A stretch of 64,000 bases of DNA, taken from Podarcis pityusensis. Taxonomy: Eukaryota. How positions within the stretch are numbered: the first letter of the stretch is position 1; each line of letters starts with the position of its first letter. The translations under genes and the position numbers were made by a program. Location of the stretch: assembly GCA_964106645.2 (NCBI GenBank), contig OZ067040.1. One strand, given 5' to 3'. Below are positions 37,736 to 50,492 of the stretch, piece after piece. The notes under the pieces were generated by a model. The model saw only the letters and a list, made by a program, of their open reading frames with translations, searched no databases and was not told the origin of the DNA.

Positions 37736-39829
37736 GAAACATGAATAGGATTGTACTGTTAACCTGAATATAACCAAATTATTTAGCACAAATCAGCCCA
37801 GTACCACTTTCACGATATCCCTCCCCAATCCCCTCTAATTTTCAGTTGCATCTCGCCCTCTTCTGTTCCTGTTCATCTCTCAGCTAGATGGTTTTCTGAC
37901 CTGTGCAGTCTTTTCAAATCCCATTTCTGACTCTTCCTGTTCCTTTCTTCTGAGATAAATTTAATTGCCCTAATAGCATAACTCAAGGAATCCTTTACTG
38001 AAATTAAAGACTTGGTGTTTTCTTCAAGAAGCGGGTTTCTCAGAGAGCTTGATACTTTAGTTGCAACTGTGTTTAAGATTCCATCTATTGATTAATAGCC
38101 ATCTGCTATGTAGCTCTTTCTGACCACTAATAAAGTTATAGTGAAGTAATAAACTAATGTGAATTAAGTACAGCACTGGAAGTGCCATTTAATCATTTCG
38201 CCAAAGCCTTTACCTTAAGCAATGGTCTCGGGTCTTGAAGCAAACATCTCATTAAACATGGACAACTTTCTTAATTTCATATAAAACAAAAAGGAAACAG
38301 GTCAGTAGTGGACATCTAAGTGCATCTCGTTCTACTTGAATGCTGTGTCCTGGGCCAAAATCATTAAATGGCTGGTGAAGAGGACCGTGAAGGACAGAGC
38401 TGTAAAATACCTTTGCCTGGGAGTCTTGTGAATGAAGGCACACACTTATTTGTTAAAAATATCAAAAAAGCACCTCAGTCAAGTTTGTTCCAGATCCCAG
38501 AAGGGTGCAGTAAATAACGAAAACCAAATATTAATTACAACAAGTAACATAACAGAAATTATATTTGTAAATTTGGCAGCTGGCAGAGTGGCAACGGTAG
38601 GGTTGCTGATGGTTTTAGCAAGATGTTCAGAATCAGCTTGCAATCACTGATCAGCTTGCATACCTGTGAATCTAAATGTTTCATCACCTGTGTTTATTTC
38701 AGGAAGACAGTTACTATCAAGAGTATGATGAGTAGCACAACTTACTACATCAAACAAAGCATCACCAGCAGGTCCTGCAAGATAACATACAACACTGATG
38801 CCCAGGATGTCGTATATATCTAGATCTATACCTATTGTGCTCATTTCCTCCTTATGGACTTCCCATGGATTTCTGGGTGGCCACAGTGAAAACAGAATGC
38901 TGGATTAGATATGATTTGGGACTCTGATTTTCCTGGTGCTGCCAACTATTTCCAAACTGTTCCATTCAGGCATGAGGCAGAGGAAACCAGCTGAAATTCT
39001 CAGGAAGTAACTTTCTCTGCCAGATACCATATTCTTTCCCCCTTTCTTGCTCCTTGACTGTTAGGTTGCTTAGTATCAGAAAAGGAAGTTTATTCATGCT
39101 CTGTCATGAAAATCAGATTTTGTTCTTTAACAGGCACTGAAGGGTGAAGATCACCACTGTGTTAAAATGCTTCTCAGAACTGAGAGCAAAGCACAAGGTT
39201 TTTTCATTACACAAGGATAGTAGAGAACAGGGGGGAAAGTGAAACTATTTATGGCTTACACTTCATTGCAGTAGGTTCCAGCTCCATTCCAATGAGTGGG
39301 GCAGTCTGAATAATTTATTACGGCTTGTGTTACCTGTGGGTGTCAGTGTGCCCACCAGTTCCTCCTATGGCATCCATGAGAGGTCTCAGTAAATAATCAC
39401 TTAAAAATCCACAATGCACAAGAGGCTTTTCCTCACCTTGCTCAGTTCCTGTCTGCACTGGCTCATCCTCTCCTACATTGAACCTTACACCTCCTTAAAC
39501 ATGCCCCTGCTTCACTTGCAAGGATTGGACACCAACACCCATTCTGAACAGAGGAGAAGGTCATTGAGTGAGCACAGTGATGGCTTTTGCCCCATGGATA
39601 GAGGGCGTGCCTGTGCCATTTTGTGGTCCTGTCTCAATCCCTCTTCCCAGGGAATTTTGAGAATTGTAGCTCTGTGAAGGGAATTGCAACTCTCAGCACC
39701 CTTAACAAAATACTCAACGCCCCCCCCCCCGGATTCTTTGGTGGAGGCAATGGCTGTTTAAAGTGCTATTATACTGCTTTTAAACATGCTGTGCAGATGG
39801 GACCTTACTCAAACTATTAAAGTAGCAGT

Positions 39830-40184
39830 CCGGTAAAGGTAAAGGGACCCCTGACCATTAGGTCCAGTCGTGAATGACTCTGGGGTTGCGCGCTCATCTC
39901 GCTTTATTGGCCGAGGGAGCCGGCGTACAGCTTCCGGGTCATGTGGCCAGCATGACTAAGCCGCTTCTGGTGAACCAGAGCAGTGCATGGAAATGCTGTT
40001 TACCTTCCCGCCGGAGCAGTACCTATTTATCTACTTGCACTTTGACGTGCTTTTGAACTGCTAGGTTGGCAGGAGCAGGGACCAAGCAACGGGAGCTCAT
40101 CCCGTTGCGGGGATTCGAACCGCCGACCTTCTGATCAGCAAGCCCTAGGCTCTGTGGTTTAACCCACAGCTCCACCCACATCCC
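39830..40184 (-). mobile_element. Sauria SINE, full length
   Basis: Reverse complement of the Sauria head and tail; 11-bp TSD AAAGTAGCAGT (39819-39829 / 40185-40195); many CpGs retained. Confidence 0.95.
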
Positions 40185-40408
40185 AAAGTAGCAGTTAGGC
40201 AACCCCTATCCTTTCATATGTTGCTGCTTGCCACAATTTCCATCACCCTTGACCATTGGCCATGCTAACCAGGGCTGATGGGAGTTGGGACTGCAATGAG
40301 ATCTGGAGGGTTACAGGCTTCTTCTGTATACTGAAAATATATGTAGCTTAAAATATGACTTTCTGCCTCTCTCTATCATTCATTTTGAGGTCACCCACCA
40401 CACTTTCT

Positions 40409-40760
40409 TGGCGCTGTGGTCTAAATCACTGAGCCTCTTGGACTTCCCAATTAGAAGGTCAGCGGTTTGAATCCCCACAATGAGGTGAGCTCCTGTTGGT
40501 CTATCCCAGCTCCTGCCAACACAGCAGTTCGAAAGCATAAATAGGTACTGCTGTGGCGGGAAGGTAAATGGCATTTCTGTGCACTCTGCTTCTGACATGG
40601 TGTTCCATTGCACAAGAAGCAGTTTAGTCATGCTGGCCAACATGACCTGGAAAGCTGTCTGTGGACAAACGCCTGCTCCCTCGGCCTGAAAGCGAGATGA
40701 GCGCTGCACCCCAAAGTCACCTTTGGCTGGACTTAACCATCCAGGGGTCCTTTACCTTTT
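40409..40760 (+). mobile_element. Sauria SINE, slightly 5'-truncated
   Basis: Colinear with 28954-29343; ends GGGGTCCTTTACCTTT. Confidence 0.9.
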
Positions 40761-43001
40761 TCCCCCCACCTATCTGTTTAAGCCAAGGATTGTTTTCCTG
40801 ATCTTGTTGGAGTATAGCTCCTCTCATCTCTGACCAGTAGCTATGCTGTCAGGGGGCAATGGGAGTTGGAGTCCAGCACTGAGAGGGCCGCACATTCCCT
40901 ATCCTTATTTGACGTGACAGTACTGCAATATCCTCTCAGTTTTGTACGTTTTATGTATGTACAAGTGCACCACAGCTGTCATTTTCTGAAATGCAATTCA
41001 TATTCACGCACCCAGTTTACGAAAAGAATTCCTTGTATTACCATTCTACATGTGAGAAGCCTGGCCATAATATATCAGACTTACTGCAGCTCAGCATGTC
41101 AAAAAGTGAAGGGCCCATTTGACAAAACTATGAGAATGAAAACGAGTGAAATGGAAAGAGGAGAAAATGATTGGTATTCTTTTACTGGGGAGGCAATGAA
41201 ATCTCTGAGTTTTGTTTTAGGCATAAAACATTCCACACCATTGCATTAGCAACAGGCAGTATAACATCACACTACATCATCTCCATTTCAATCCTAGAAT
41301 AATAATGCCATCTCAGGCATAACCATTAATTCCTAACAACATTAACTTTTTATTTACCTCCTTCCTACCTTCCGGGCGTCCAGGCAGCATGTCACTGTTC
41401 TAGATGCCCTGCAAATTTCGATGTGATCTGTGTCCATATTAGTAGCCTTTTTTTAAAAAAAAAAGGTTGGTGTCCTCATCTGTCTCTGTCTTTAAGCAAG
41501 TTTCTTTACTCTCGATGCAAATTTAAACTGAGAATTGAAGTGCTGATTTAAACTCATGAGGTTCTGGTGGAAGCAGTAGAGGCTCATTATATCTCCCATG
41601 ATGTGTTGCAGTTTTCATCATGATTGAAACCACTCTGTAAGTGCCTTTCTTTCCTGTATAAGTGCCTCTTTTCTAATTGAAGTCTCAAATTCATTTGACG
41701 AATTGCTTGACAATTCTGGGACACACACACACATCTTTTGGAGCTTCGTATAGTAATAAAAACAGATGATCTCCAACATCTAATCAAACTGGGTCATTTG
41801 ATACTATAATTAAAATCACTTTATTATGAATGTAGATTTCATTTTTCTTTTTTTTTAAGGAAATAAGACCAGTGACTTCCCAGCATGGGAAACACTTCTT
41901 ATTCTTAATTAGATCCTATAATGCTCACTGGAATATTTTTGTCACGATGCTTTAGATCTTTCCTTTAAAGTGAGTGTATTGGCAACACAATTTAAGATTC
42001 AGTCTGCAATCCTTTGTCAGGTGGAAGCAAGTTCCATTAAAATCAGTGTGGTTTACTTCAAAGAGGAAGATCAAGTTGCATAGGCAGGAACTGTAGGCAA
42101 AGTGTGCCAAATACATTCGGAGACCTGAGTCTACAGATTTCAGAAGGCAGCTATCTGCACACTTACCTGGGAGCAAGGCTGTCTGAATAAAGTAGTTCTC
42201 TGCATTGGATAGGATCTGTGATGAAACCTCTAGACATTTTGAGTTGTCCCAGAAACCCCCAGGAACATGTTCATACATAGAAATATAAAATGTGATCGAG
42301 GCATCATGAATACAGTACACAGCAGTTTCCAGTGACATTCTCACGTTGTAGGAATGTAATTTTTTACTTTGCTGTTTTCCTTACGCTAGAACTTATATTG
42401 CATTTGTTTAGAAAAGTGGTCCCCACTAAGAGGTTTTGCAGGTTAACCAGGATCATGTTACCGATGTGGCTTAACAGCAAGGATACACCAGCCTTCCCCA
42501 CATTTCTAGCTGATTGTGGAAGATGGGTGGAGATCCATGGGACCACATGTGGTCAACAAAATGTTGCACATACTCATTTCTTTAAAACATTTTTTTGAGG
42601 GGGTTCATTTTCACAGTTCTCAAGGATGGGGCTTTTGGCAGTGAGCTGTATAAGCAGTCTAAGGTGTGTGGTTTTTTTTGCTCTGTTTTGAACCAGGAAT
42701 GTGGAACAAGTGGTCTTTCAGATGTTGCAGGAGTCCATCTCCCATCATTCCTGTCCATTGGCCAGACTAGCTGTGGCTGATGGAGTACACAGGTTTCCCA
42801 ACCCCACATCCTCTTAGTCTTCCAGTGCTGTGGCCACACTTTCTGCAATGCCCTTATGCAGTACCCTTCACGTGTTGCAAAATGTCTCCCTTCTCAAAAC
42901 TTGTGAGGAAATTGGAAGGAAATTGGTGCAATTCAGTCATCTTGCCCATAGTCAGAGACGGTAACAATCCTGAAAACCAGTTGCTAGAAACCACATGGAG
43001 A

Positions 43002-43257
43002 GGGGAGCCAGTGTGGTGTAGTGGTTAAGAGCAGTAGTCTCGTAATCTGGAGAACCGGGTTCGCGTCTCTGCTCCTCCACATGCAGCTGCTGGGTGACCT
43101 TGGGCCAGTCACACTTCTCTGAAGTCTCTCAGCCTCACTCACCTCACAGAGTGTTTGTTGTGGGGGAAGAAGGGAAAGGAGACTGTGAGCTGCTTTGAGA
43201 CTCCTTTGGGTAGTGATAAAGCGGGATATCAAATCCAAACTCTTCTCTTCTTCTTCT
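43002..43257 (+). mobile_element. tRNA-derived CORE-type SINE (Squam3-like) inserted in a CR1 3' UTR
   Basis: A box TGGTGTAGTGG, B box GGTTCGCGTCT, CORE-like GGGTGACCTTGGGCCAGTCAC, (TTC)n tail. The family name is from recall. Confidence 0.85.
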
Positions 43258-43370
43258 GATCAGGTCCTGCTTGCTTATTTCCAACAGGCACCTGGTTGGC
43301 CACTTTGAGAACAGGATGCTGGACTAGATGGGCTATTAGCTGATCCAGCAAGGCTTTCCTTATGTTCTTA
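43258..43370 (+). mobile_element. CR1 3' tail (continues from ~42975-43001)
   Basis: GAGAACAGGATGCTGGACTAGATGGG...TTCCTTATGTTCTTA, colinear with 17460-17583. Confidence 0.8.
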
Positions 43371-43717
43371 GGAACGGACTTGTGTAAGCAACCAGTGTAA
43401 GGCTCAAATGGACCAGTGTAAGGGAAGGTTATTTTGATTTGCTTTCAGATGGGGGATTCGCCCCCCCCATCCCAGTTCTACATGGAGATGCTGGGGATAA
43501 AAATGGAAACCTCCTTTGCACGGACGGCCTGCCCCTGAGCTACCCTGGCAAATGTATATGACTATTTTATTGGAATTTGAAAAGTAGTAAGCAAATCTAT
43601 GGCAGCAAATTCATTTTCTTTGCTAGAATAAGAATCAAAGTATTCTAAGAGTGAATAGCTATTGCAATGGATGCATATTGATTTTGGAGCATGCAGAGTA
43701 TCCCCCCCCCCTTTAAT

Positions 43718-43807
43718 CATAGCTGTCAACGTCTCCCTTTTTTTAAGGGAAACTCCCTTATTCCGAATAGGATTCCTCGCAAGAAAAGGGAAAAGTTGAC
43801 AGCTATG
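43718..43807. mobile_element. 90-bp MITE (probably hAT)
   Basis: Perfect 13-bp TIR CATAGCTGTCAAC; TSD imperfect. Confidence 0.85.
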
Positions 43808-45446
43808 TTTTAAATCCCTGTTAGATCTATAGCTAAACTATACCGTAAGGGTGAATCCACATACTGATGTACATCCAGTTTGTAGAACATCAGGGAAATT
43901 CAAAATTAATTGTATGCTCAAATTACATGAATAGTTGTTTTGTGACTTGTGTTTTCAGAATAGTACAGTTCTGCATCTCTTCATTCCAGTGTATCCCTAG
44001 AAAAGTCTACAAAAACACACTACCCTAGCAAAGCCTGTGAGTTATTTCTTTATTGCTGTGCCAAGGAAGTTGTGGAGAGATAATTTCAGGTCTGGATTCT
44101 TCTTTATCAGTTTGTAACGATTTCCTACACAAGCCTTCTCTGTGGAAAATTTTGTCATTTCAAACCCAATTTCCAGAGAAATAGAACAATTGTTTCTTGC
44201 CACACGGGTTTGCAGAACTGCTTTTTAACTTCCCACTCCATCGTTTGCTCTGCTGATTGCTTTTGCTACATCTCTGTTTATTTTGCAATAGGTGACTCAG
44301 ATATGTTCTAGTTTGGGAGCTTATTGAATGTTTGCTGATGTTTGACATGTTCTGGTGAGCTCCTATGTGCTCAGCATAAAAGTAGCAGCATGGAGCTTTG
44401 AACTCGTAGCTCAATCTGTTCTGTAGCTAAGTGGAATTTCATCGCCTCATTTTCTCCCCTCACTTTGTAGCTGCTAATATATTACAAATATTGAATTCAG
44501 TTTTAGGGAATTAGATCAGTTGCTTCCCAGCATAAGAGATGTGGCGTTATTAGATTATGTGGAGATAACTGCTCCGAGCTGAATCCTCAACTACCAGCTA
44601 GAGAAGAGCATTCAGGAGTTACCTGAGCACTGTGTACCAAGCTCCCCATTTGCACTGCTCTGCAAAGCATTTCAAAGAATTCCACTGTGATAGATCACTG
44701 ACTTAGTAAAGATCCACGAAGCCTGGCTCCCTTCACCATTTCAAATGCTTAACTACAACTCCCATTATCCATGGCCATTGGCCATGCTTACTAAGGCTAC
44801 TGGGAGTTGTAGTTCAGCAACATCTGGATGGCCAAAAAGCTAAAATGAGATCCAAAATGAATTTGAATCTTTATTATAGACGCCTCAATAGTTCTGACAA
44901 GGCTCACCACTTTCTCAGGGGGCTTTTCTCTTTGTTTTGGCAGTACCTGATGTCTCAGGTAAGAAGAAATACCCCATGGGAGGATGAGGGGAATACCTCA
45001 TGTCTCCAGCTGAGGGAACCAGGACAGCAACCGTGAGATATCCTTCTCAAATGCATGTAGCCTCGGTGCACATTCTCAGTTTAATACAGGCTTTACAGGC
45101 TCTTAGAGTTAAACTGGCAGAAATTAAATTAGATCAATTTATACTCCACTGATACATGCCCGTATCATTGTCAGGAGTAATGATTTATTGGAGCTAGTGT
45201 AATTCAGTCATTTATAAATGTTGAAGTTCCTGGGCTGAAACTGTGAGTTTGAATTTAGTGTCTGTAGTTCACAAGGATAGCACAGTGCCAAGTAATTTTC
45301 TCTTTCATATGACCAGTGGCATTTCAAATTATGTGCTGCTGTTGTGTAGGAAAATCAATTAACATGATTGTAATAACCAGTGGAATGCTGCCAGTCAGCA
45401 CTGGGAGTAAGATACATCATCTAATGGAACAGAGAACCAATATTTA

Positions 45447-45615
45447 CCGTATTTTTCGCTCTATAACACGCACCCGACCATAACACGCACGTAGTTTTTA
45501 GAGGAGGAAAATCCGTAGGCATGCCACCCGTAGGCATTCCCTCCATAACACGCACAGACATTTCCCCTTACTTTCTAGGAGGAAAAAAGTGAGTGTTATG
45601 GTGCAAAAAATACGG
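45447..45615. mobile_element. Tc1/mariner (pogo-like) MITE
   Basis: TA|CCGTATTTTT ... AAAAATACGG|TA; ATAACACGCAC subterminal repeats. Confidence 0.9.
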
Positions 45616-46024
45616 TAATTTGGATACTTACACTTGAAGGTGCCTTGTCATGCCTGTGACGGTTGGGTTGCCAACTTCTCTCTTTTCATATTTCAATAAA
45701 CACAAATGGTATGGAATATATCATGTTGACATTAAATATAAAATACCTCTCCCCAAATGCCAATATGCCTCTTTTTAGGGACAGAGTATTGATCCGCAGA
45801 GTGATGAATATGCTGTTTGTGTAATGACTGGTAAGAATAAGGTCAAATCTCTACTTCTACAGCCTTGGTTCTCAAATGGTGAGGCAAGCATCTCTTTAAG
45901 GATGTGCAGATAATTACTAGGTGAGACATTAGCACTTTTCCAGTACACCCACTCTTTTCCAGTGCATTGTGGGAATTTTTGTCCACTTCTTTCTGTGCTT
46001 GGCTATCACTATGCTGATTGTATC

Positions 46025-46211
46025 CATAGGAGCCAACTCCTAGGGGCTGAGGGGTCTTCAGCCCCCAATAAAATACTTCAGGGGGCCGCCCCCCCCATAG
46101 TTGATGGGCATTGTTATTCAAATGGTATGTGTGCACTGCATCATGTAATCAATTATGCAGGTCAGAGCTTACCTCCCCCCCCCCCATATTTCATTCAAGT
46201 TGGCACCCCTG
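46025..46211. mobile_element. hAT MITE, family B
   Basis: CATAGGAGCCAACT ... AGTTGGCACCCCTG; perfect 8-bp TSD ATTGTATC. Confidence 0.9.
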
Positions 46212-48287
46212 ATTGTATCACTATGGTCTAACATGATGGCCCCTATTTTTATGTGGCTTTTGGATTCTCCCTGACTTTTTTAAAAGTCACTTTTGACCAG
46301 CTTCCCACTATGCTTAAGATAGTCGTGGGTGCTGTCAATCAAGTAATTTATCTGCCTTTGGATTTAGTCATCTTGGGGGAAAGTTCAAACAACTTGTCTT
46401 TAACTCCGGGAAGTTTAAGGAAGCTTCCAAAGGTTAACGGTTTACACACTCTCACACACACACACACACATGACTGTATCCATTCTGGATGTGGCAAAAG
46501 CATGTTTGTCATGGTTTTATATATGCTTCTACTTTTCTCCTTCTCTCCAATTGAAAGACGGGGATTTTTTGTTTATTTTATGCCACCTTTTAGAATAATT
46601 TCCCACAAGATGGCTAACAGAAAAATATAAATGCAATTGAAATACTGACCTACCTTACATATATATTGGTGCATTTTATATTATGATTGCTGTCAGAGCT
46701 AGGATTGGATCGCCCTGATTCCAACAATGTTCTCACTATCCTACACTGAATGTCTGTGAAACTATTATTTTAAAAAAAGTATCCTGGGCTAGATTGACCA
46801 AGGATCTGATGTAATTGAAGGCAGGTTTATATATTGAAATGCTGATGCGTTTTCTCTCATTCCTGCTCCCCATCAATAAGGATATATTGAGCCTGAGTGA
46901 ATATCCCCAGACAAGAGTAACCTCCATAAACCTTCTCAATTATATTGTATGCTACCCATGAGGGCCACCTCCAAGTGACACATATTGTTTAGCTTCAGAA
47001 GAAGAATCTGGCTTTTATGGGAGATTACTGATGTGCTAGTTTAGGTTCAACAGAAGGTTCAACAGAAACATATTCATAAGCAACCCTTTCATCTCAAACA
47101 GCATCTGTGGATGGTGGTAGGCTTTATTGGCTTGGTTATCTGGCTCCTGCTTCTGGCTTGATCAGAAGAGAAAATGACAAGCACAACACTAGATTTCATC
47201 CAGGCATACAGAAGTAGTTATGGGCACACACAGGATTTTCCCTGAGATGCCTGGCATGCTGCATTTTTCATGAGAGAAAAATGGGGATTGCATGGCATCT
47301 TTTTCTGGAACATATTGTAAAACTGAGTTATTGCGAAGGCCAGACCACACTCATTACACCTATTCTAGAAAATTGGTGGGAAGCTGTTGCCAGTTATTTC
47401 CATACAGTCCTAGAGCACAAGTCATTCCTCTTGTCCAAAAGTCTTTTGCTTTTTCCAGCCCGCTTTTGAAAAGGAACCTGGAGTCGCAGTTGATTATCGA
47501 TGCTAAACGAATCCAATTAAAATAGTGTTAGCAAAATGTTTTACTACTCCATGACAAACCCAAGATCTATGGAAGGGCATGTGCTTGACGTTAGTTCAAG
47601 CAGACACATGGTTCTCCTGGCCCACTTTCAATCTGCTGCAAGACTTTTATGGAGCTGACTTTTAAGGTCTCTTTACGAGTCCTGCCTGTCCATTTAGATG
47701 TCATTCATAAAAATTAATGACTAAGAATAAGATTGGCAGGGTAGGGATTTATGAGTGAGCTGCTGAATTTATTTCTTTGGCTCCACAAGACACAATATGC
47801 ATTTTTATGTAGTTATTCGCCCATCCTATTGCGTTCTGTTCATGTGTGATGTGATCACGATATAGTTGCTGTTCCTGCCACTAACATGGACTTGCTTAAA
47901 TGACAGATGATGAGAGAAAGCAGTCATTTGAAGATCAGGACATTGATGTGACTCTACCCCGTATACTTTTGGAGAGTTGTTTAAAATTAGGAATTATGGC
48001 TGCAATCCTATAGTATAAAGTTAGCCCACTGCCAGCACATCAAATTGGTGACACTGGACTAGATAAACCAATGGTCTTCCTCTGTAAGGAAGCCTCACAT
48101 ATTTATATCAATCAAGCTGTCTTCAGCTGGATTTGAGCAGCCTAAGAGTGTGCAATTATCTTTTACTTTAGAAACAAGACAGCTGTGGTGTGTATAATGC
48201 TAGGAGTTAGTCAGAAGGTTGATGAGGAAGCTGACAGGTCCTTCAGTCAGAAATATCACCTACTCTATGCCTTACATTAGCATTCTC

Positions 48288-50492
48288 GAGGACTTCCGGG
48301 GAGGCGCCTCCGGCAATGGCGGAATTCCTCTGACCGGGAGGAATCTGCTTCGTGGAAATCTGGGTCTGGCCGCCACGGTGAAGGCGGAGACCCGTTAAAA
48401 TCACAGGTGGGAGAAGCCTGTGAGCGTGGAATTCGGTGGGCACCTTTTGCGCCTCTCCCACTCGCAGGGAACCCCAGTTTTTGGGGCTCCGGAGCGACGT
48501 GGGGTGAGCAGCGCGGTGCATCGAATCGTCTGCTTCTTCCATGGAGCGAAGCCGCATAGCTGTTGCCGGAGAGTGCTGACCTTTTCCTGTGGGCAATTTG
48601 ACTTTAAAGTAATTACCCGTGAGTAAAGCTGAAATGGAAGAATTGGATTTCTAAATGTTTAATTTGGTATCGTAACGGAGAGGTTCAAAACAGGAAGTCC
48701 GCCTTCCCCTTTTGAAAATAGCCTGAGGCAATGAAGTTGCAAGCTGGAGTCCTGGAAGGTCTTTTGTAAAAGATTAAATTTCCAATGGTAAAGAACATTA
48801 AACCCCCTCTTGGAGGCAGGAGAAGAGAGGGGGAAGTTGCGGATTGAATATGCCTGCGGGAGAGAGCGAAGAGACTTAAAACACCGCCGCTCTGACCCTG
48901 GAAACGGGCTGCTAGTAGGACTGACGTCTTTTGGAATGTTCATTGACAGCGTTTAGAACGTTCATTGACAGTTAGTCAAATAAGAGAAATACATTGTTTC
49001 TACTGTCTCCAGCTGCTTTAAAAAGGAGTAAAAGTAACTGAAAATTGAAACTAAGTTGAAACTAATCTTGGATTGTTTAAAAGAGGATACTATTGACTAT
49101 TACAAATAGAAACTGTTTCCCCCTAGTGGAAGCCTTTGAAACCGGTTGCTTTACAAGAGCTGGGCTAGGGGAATTTCCAGCTGCAAGTTAAAAACCGTGA
49201 GACTCTGGGACTGACCTTGAATCTTTTAAGTGTTATGGTAAATGGAAGAGGAAAAACAGACCAGTCAACTGTTGACAAAACATTAAGGTCTGGGAGGACT
49301 TGGTAACAATCCAGGAGAGGTCTATCATTAGGCCCTCCTGCTCTATCTGTTGTTGTCTTTGTACCAGTATATTTAAAACCAAGGGGAATGTCAACAGAAG
49401 AGGCTTTAGTGGCTGCATTATACAAGATAAATGACTCATTGGATCAGCTTCACAGGAAAATGGACATGATAAATGCGAAAGTGGATGTTTCAATTACTAA
49501 AACTAACTTAAATACAGAAAGTATAAATAATACCAATATAGAAACCACCCAGAAATTGATACAAGAACCTATTTTGATATGGCAAACTGTGGAGGAAGTT
49601 AGGGAGAGCTGTTGTTGCTGAGGGTAGAGTGACACAACTGGAGAGAAAGAGAAAGAGAGCCCCAGCCCTACAGAGGCAATTTGATGATCATAAGTTGACG
49701 CTTGCTACGACTGAACTTAAAGAAAAACAGACGAATTTGAGGATTAGAGTTCACCTTTGGTGGACATGCCCAAGGATTAAGACACTCTGGGAGATGATTC
49801 ATAACGAAATGAAAAAGGTATTTAAATATACCCTTTAGAAGAAACCAGAGGCCTTTGTCCTGGGCATGGTCGGCCAATTGGTGTTAAAGAAGGATAGTAT
49901 TTTCTTCATGTATGCAACAATAGCAGCAAGAATACTAATTGTGAAGTACTGGAAGACACAAGATTTATCCATTCGGGAAGAATGGCAGATGAAGTTGATG
50001 GACTATATGGAATTGGCGGAAACAACTGGCAGAAATCCGAGACCAGGGAGAAGAGTCAGTGGAAGAAGACTGGAAAAAGTTTAAGACTGTTTATAGAAAT
50101 ACTGTAAAATAATGAATGTTAGAAAAATGTTGGAATGAAGTTATATGGCTTTAGTAGAAATATTATAAGGAATCAAGTATAAATAGATTAATAGTGTATT
50201 AAAGGGAAAATAAGGCTAGAATATGTTAAGATAATTATAGGATAGAAAACAGAGGAAGATGGAAAGGAATTGCTGAAATAATTAACAGAAGTGGAAAACA
50301 AAAAGGGAGGTGTGAGGAGGTCGTGGAAATAAGGGAATGAAAAATAAGACATTGAAATTGTTTTGTGTTTGAAATGGTTTGTGTCTTGCTTTGTTAGTTT
50401 TATGTTTTTCTTTTTTGTTCTTTCTTTTTTTTGTTTTTCTGTTTTGTTGTGTTTAAACGGTTGAAAATTAATAAATATTATTTTTTTAAAAA
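48288..50492 (+). mobile_element. Internally deleted, 5'-complete L1-derived element (2.2 kb)
   Basis: 15-bp TSD TACATTAGCATTCTC (48273-48287 / 50493-50507); CpG-rich 5' UTR; ORF1-like coiled-coil remnant ending NLRIR; ORF2 C-terminus HLWWTCP...AARILIVKYWK...EEWQMKL; T-rich UTR, AATAAA, short A tail. Confidence 0.9.
49388..50100 (+). pseudogene. Disrupted ORF1 N-terminus / ORF2 C-terminus fusion of the L1 derivative
   Basis: ORF pieces 49388-49621, 49629-49838 and 49866-50084, separated by stops and a frameshift. Confidence 0.75.
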
